Assembly (NCBI GenBank): GCA_963675525.2
Contig: CAXXSL010000016.1
Coordinates: forward strand, 704,001-768,000
DNA length: 64,000 nucleotides
Direction of reading: 5' to 3'
From: Anaerohalosphaeraceae bacterium
GTDB lineage: Bacteria > Planctomycetota > Phycisphaerae > Sedimentisphaerales > Anaerohalosphaeraceae
Position numbers and translations under genes: made by a program. Of the stretch, positions 60,785 through 64,000 are shown in pieces; position 1 is the stretch's first letter, and each line of letters opens with the position of its first letter. The notes under the pieces are model-generated. The model saw only the letters and a program-made list of their open reading frames with translations, was not told the DNA's origin and did not search any database.

Positions 60785-62284
60785 TTAATTCGCGGGCACC
60801 TGGTATTTATTCCGAATCAGCGGGCTGCGTTCGGCGGCCTTTTTGGCCTCCATGACCAGCGGGCTGCTGTTGCCGATAAATTGAATGATCCAATAGCCGT
60901 CCTGATCCTTTTTGAATGCCTCATCTAAATCGGCTAACTTCTTTATTTTAAAGCCGTTAACGCTTTCCACGACCTGTCCTTTAAAGCCTTCGCTGTAGGC
61001 GTTCACCTCATCCGGCAGGACTTCCGAAAGAGACACATATTCGACCCGGTTCGGGTCATTGTTAAGCCGATTAGAATCGACAAATAAATAACGCAGTGTA
61101 AACGGAACATCGGTGATCCATGAACGGCCCCAACTTTCGAGATAGTTGCGTGTGACGGACACAAATGTTAGTCCGGCAAAAACACGATAGTCAGGCTTCT
61201 GGTCGTATTGTCGGTTCCAGGGCAGGACCGGGTCGTTTTGTGCGATGACTATTTTGCCGGATCGTTTTTTGCCCTCGCGATAGAAAGTAACGGTAATTTC
61301 TTCGCCGATTTGTTTGCGATCAACCGCTTCGCTCAGCTCCAAAGAAAGGCCGTCTATCAGAATTCGACCATCGTTATCAATATTGAAATCGTCGATTTGA
61401 GTAATCACATCGCCGTTCTTCAAAACATTTTGTGCCGTAGCCTTCAATAATATGTCGGTCACTACTACGCCGTCTTCATCGCTGGGAATTTGCAGGTATT
61501 CTTTATAGAATGGATTATGCACACCCGGAAAAAGTGATACGCCGATTTTGCCGAATCCGTCGCAGCGGCCATCTTCGATGTCCTTCAAAAAATGACCAAT
61601 AATCGTTGTTGGAATCATATATCCGATATTGTCGCCGCTCTGGAGGCCCTGAAAGGCAACGCCGACCACAAGCCCATCCTGAAAAACAGGGCCGCCGGAA
61701 TTGCCGGGATTGATGGCCGCATCGGTTTGGACCACCAGGTGCTGAGCGGCCTGGCTGTGGCTGTAAACACTTGTCTCTAAACGAGATACAACACCTTCGG
61801 TAACAGAGACCTGACGACCGCCCATCGGAAATCCACAGGTTTGTACTGTCGAGTTGATCTTCGGCAATCCGCCGAAACGAACCGGTTCAGTGTTTTCAAA
61901 AAACTGCGGATCCGAAACTTTTAAGACAGCCAGATCGCAACCATGACCTACAAATTCGACTTGAGCTGGATAACGCTGGGCAAGATTTTGCTTTTTGACC
62001 TCAATATAGCGTTGATTCGCCACATTATGCGCATTTGTCAGAATCCGGTTTCCTTTGATGACAAAGCCGGAGCCAACACCACGACCCATCGCCGCTTTTT
62101 TCCATGGGGTCGAATAATCATAATCCTGATTCACGGCCATGATCATCACGACTGATTTCTCATAGCTGGCCGATGGTGTCTCGGCAGGGGGGCTTTGGGC
62201 GTGACACAAGGAAAAAACGGCCATCGTTAACAGGGCAAGGATGCTGTTTCTGCTTTCTGTTGTTTTTTTTAACCCATTTACCAT
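60785..62284 (-). CDS. Deg/HtrA serine protease (Deg2-like, PDZ)
   Basis: GSGF, TNAHNV, CDLA, DAAINPGNSGGP. Confidence 0.93.
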   Translation of the reverse strand: MVNGLKKTTESRNSILALLTMAVFSLCHAQSPPAETPSASYEKSVVMIMAVNQDYDYSTPWKKAAMGRGVGSGFVIKGNRILTNAHNVANQRYIEVKKQNLAQRYPAQVEFVGHGCDLAVLKVSDPQFFENTEPVRFGGLPKINSTVQTCGFPMGGRQVSVTEGVVSRLETSVYSHSQAAQHLVVQTDAAINPGNSGGPVFQDGLVVGVAFQGLQSGDNIGYMIPTTIIGHFLKDIEDGRCDGFGKIGVSLFPGVHNPFYKEYLQIPSDEDGVVVTDILLKATAQNVLKNGDVITQIDDFNIDNDGRILIDGLSLELSEAVDRKQIGEEITVTFYREGKKRSGKIVIAQNDPVLPWNRQYDQKPDYRVFAGLTFVSVTRNYLESWGRSWITDVPFTLRYLFVDSNRLNNDPNRVEYVSLSEVLPDEVNAYSEGFKGQVVESVNGFKIKKLADLDEAFKKDQDGYWIIQFIGNSSPLVMEAKKAAERSPLIRNKYQVPAN

Positions 62285-62394
62285 AATAGACTTATACTCC
62301 TTTTATAAAAACCATCTTTGAAACGAACGGTTTATCGGGCACTGACATCGCCTCGCTTTTATTATTTTTTATCGCGCTTTTCAGCCATCCATAT

Positions 62395-62676
62395 TTATTC
62401 AAAATCATAATGTTTCCTGACGGGTTGTGTTATTTTCCATATACATTTGAGGGTGTTGGGAAACGTGACGAAATCGCCCGGCCCGAATGAGACCGATTTT
62501 GAGGGTTCGCTAAAATCTTTAACAGTCACCTGTCCTTCAAGAATCAGGCATTTTTCGGTCTGGGTGTATTCCCAGTCAAATTCGCTGACGCCGCACTCCC
62601 AGATCGGCCAGTTTCTGCATGTTTGTGTCTCTTTGTCTGAAGGCTTGCGAATGATAATATCGTTAACTGTCGGCAT
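62395..62676 (-). CDS. Cupin domain protein (DUF861/EutQ-like)
   Basis: WPIWEC..SEFDWEY..TEKCLILEG...GPGDFVTFP...W.I..PVRKHY. Confidence 0.88.
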   Translation of the reverse strand: MPTVNDIIIRKPSDKETQTCRNWPIWECGVSEFDWEYTQTEKCLILEGQVTVKDFSEPSKSVSFGPGDFVTFPNTLKCIWKITQPVRKHYDFE

Positions 62677-62876
62677 TGGCGTTTTCCCCTTCACAAAAAT
62701 CCGGTTTACTGTTTCACAATCGTTGTTTTTTAATATACCGTTGCGGCGAGCGGAATGCCCGAACTTTTCAAAAAAAATTACCGAAATCAAATGTCCGCTG
62801 GAATCTGACAAAAGCTCTGGTAAGATGGGGCGTTATTATCAATGAATAATATCTAAATGAATAATAGGGATGTACG

Positions 62877-64000
62877 ATGAAACGCGAGCAACTTGAAGTA
62901 TTCAAACAATGGTTTACTGAATATGTGCGTCCGTTTTATACCACCGACGATGAGTTTCTGAATCAAAATATTCAGCTCAAGGAATGTCACACACATCGGG
63001 TTTGTAACGAAATGCGGCAACTGGCGGCGGCATTGAAGATGAACGAAACCGATACACTGCTGGCTGAAACGATTGCGCTGTTTCACGATGTCGGACGGTT
63101 TCCGCAATTCAAACAATACCGCACTTACAAGGATACCATCAGCGAAAACCATTGCCTGTTGGCACTGAAAGTGCTGGGCGAACACCGGATGCTGGCAAAT
63201 CTCGATGACGGCGAAAGGGCCGTAGTCGAAAAGGCCGTCGAATTGCATGGTGAAAAAGAATTACCGAAATTGGATGATCGCACATCCCATTTTGCGAAAA
63301 TGATACGCGATGCGGACAAGATTGATATTTTCGAGTTGCTGGTTAAAAACTACCGCATTCTGGCCGAAGAGCCGGAAAAATTTAAGTGGGAAGTGGAATT
63401 TCCCGACACGCCGGAATGTAATCGGGAAATCATCGATGCCGTTTTGAACAATCAACGCATCGGTTATGAAAAACTGAAGACCGTTAATGATGCCAAACTG
63501 CTGCAATTAGGCTGGGTGTTTGATGTTTATTTTGATTATTCGCTAAAGCAAATTTATGACCGCGGCTACCTGCAGGCCATTATTAATTTGCTGCCAAAAA
63601 CGGAGGACGTCAAAAAAGTAACAGGCCACATCCTAACATATACACATGAAAGAATAGGGCGGCCTGAGTTAATGTCGGACAAACGATATAACGATAAGAT
63701 CGAAAAGCTGCGAAACCCCGAACGGATTGCGCGTTATGAAATGGATCGCATGATGCAAACATGCCTTAATGGGATTGAGACCAAAAGCGTGCTGGATGTC
63801 GGAACGGGATCGGGCTTGTTCGCTGAAGCGTTTTTTAAAAAGGGCCTGGTCGTCGCCGGGGCGGATGTAAATCCGGAGATGATCGCCGCGGCCAAGGATT
63901 TCGTGCCGACAGGGCGGTTTGAAATCGCTCCCGCGGAAAAAATGCCGTTTAAGGACTGGTCCTTCGACCTTGTCTTTATGGCGAATGTCTTTCACGAGGT
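62877..64000 (+). CDS. HD-domain protein read in frame into a class I SAM-dependent methyltransferase (truncated at the window edge)
   Basis: HTHRV...LFHDVGRF...RDADKID, then from ATG 63672 VLDVGTGSG...ADVN...FDLV; no stop in frame, so absent from the ORF track. Confidence 0.85.
   Translation, partial: MKREQLEVFKQWFTEYVRPFYTTDDEFLNQNIQLKECHTHRVCNEMRQLAAALKMNETDTLLAETIALFHDVGRFPQFKQYRTYKDTISENHCLLALKVLGEHRMLANLDDGERAVVEKAVELHGEKELPKLDDRTSHFAKMIRDADKIDIFELLVKNYRILAEEPEKFKWEVEFPDTPECNREIIDAVLNNQRIGYEKLKTVNDAKLLQLGWVFDVYFDYSLKQIYDRGYLQAIINLLPKTEDVKKVTGHILTYTHERIGRPELMSDKRYNDKIEKLRNPERIARYEMDRMMQTCLNGIETKSVLDVGTGSGLFAEAFFKKGLVVAGADVNPEMIAAAKDFVPTGRFEIAPAEKMPFKDWSFDLVFMANVFHE

Noticed and set aside
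62853..63995. Minus-strand ORFs at the right end
   Set aside because: Antisense to the real + strand HD/methyltransferase frame
1..64000. tRNA, rRNA, prophage, integrase or reverse transcriptase
   Set aside because: None recognised by eye; tRNAscan and Infernal would be needed to exclude RNA genes formally

Overview
Bacterial chromosomal window, most likely from Planctomycetota (Phycisphaerae/Sedimentisphaerales-like). This is inferred from prepilin/H-X9-DG proteins, a DWPQWRG beta-propeller, a PEP-CTERM protein and an FHA-histidine kinase. It looks like a rearranged replication-origin region: dnaA with upstream DnaA boxes, yidC-mnmE, def-fmt-rsmB, and a parB lacking an adjacent parA next to two perfect parS sites. 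Other content: rpmE-prfA-(kinase/glycosidase fusion)-deoC-pabB, a rhamnose/GH2 sugar cluster, an Rrf2-regulated sulfate assimilation operon, a DUF4258/YgiT toxin-antitoxin pair, a RAYT transposase with cognate REPs, and a secreted-protein island. Most notable candidates: (i) two tandem putative ECF-promoter sRNAs carrying anti-Shine-Dalgarno CCUCCU motifs just downstream of dnaA; (ii) an archaeal-type NMP-kinase/nucleotide N-glycosidase fusion upstream of deoC; (iii) possible CysK-docking C-terminal tails on several cys-operon proteins; (iv) a ThyX-like protein with a divergent active site; (v) two structured non-coding elements (11.4 kb, 50.7 kb); (vi) several families of miniature repeats, one sitting in frame inside pabB. 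All calls come from reading motifs by eye; no searches or folding programs were run.
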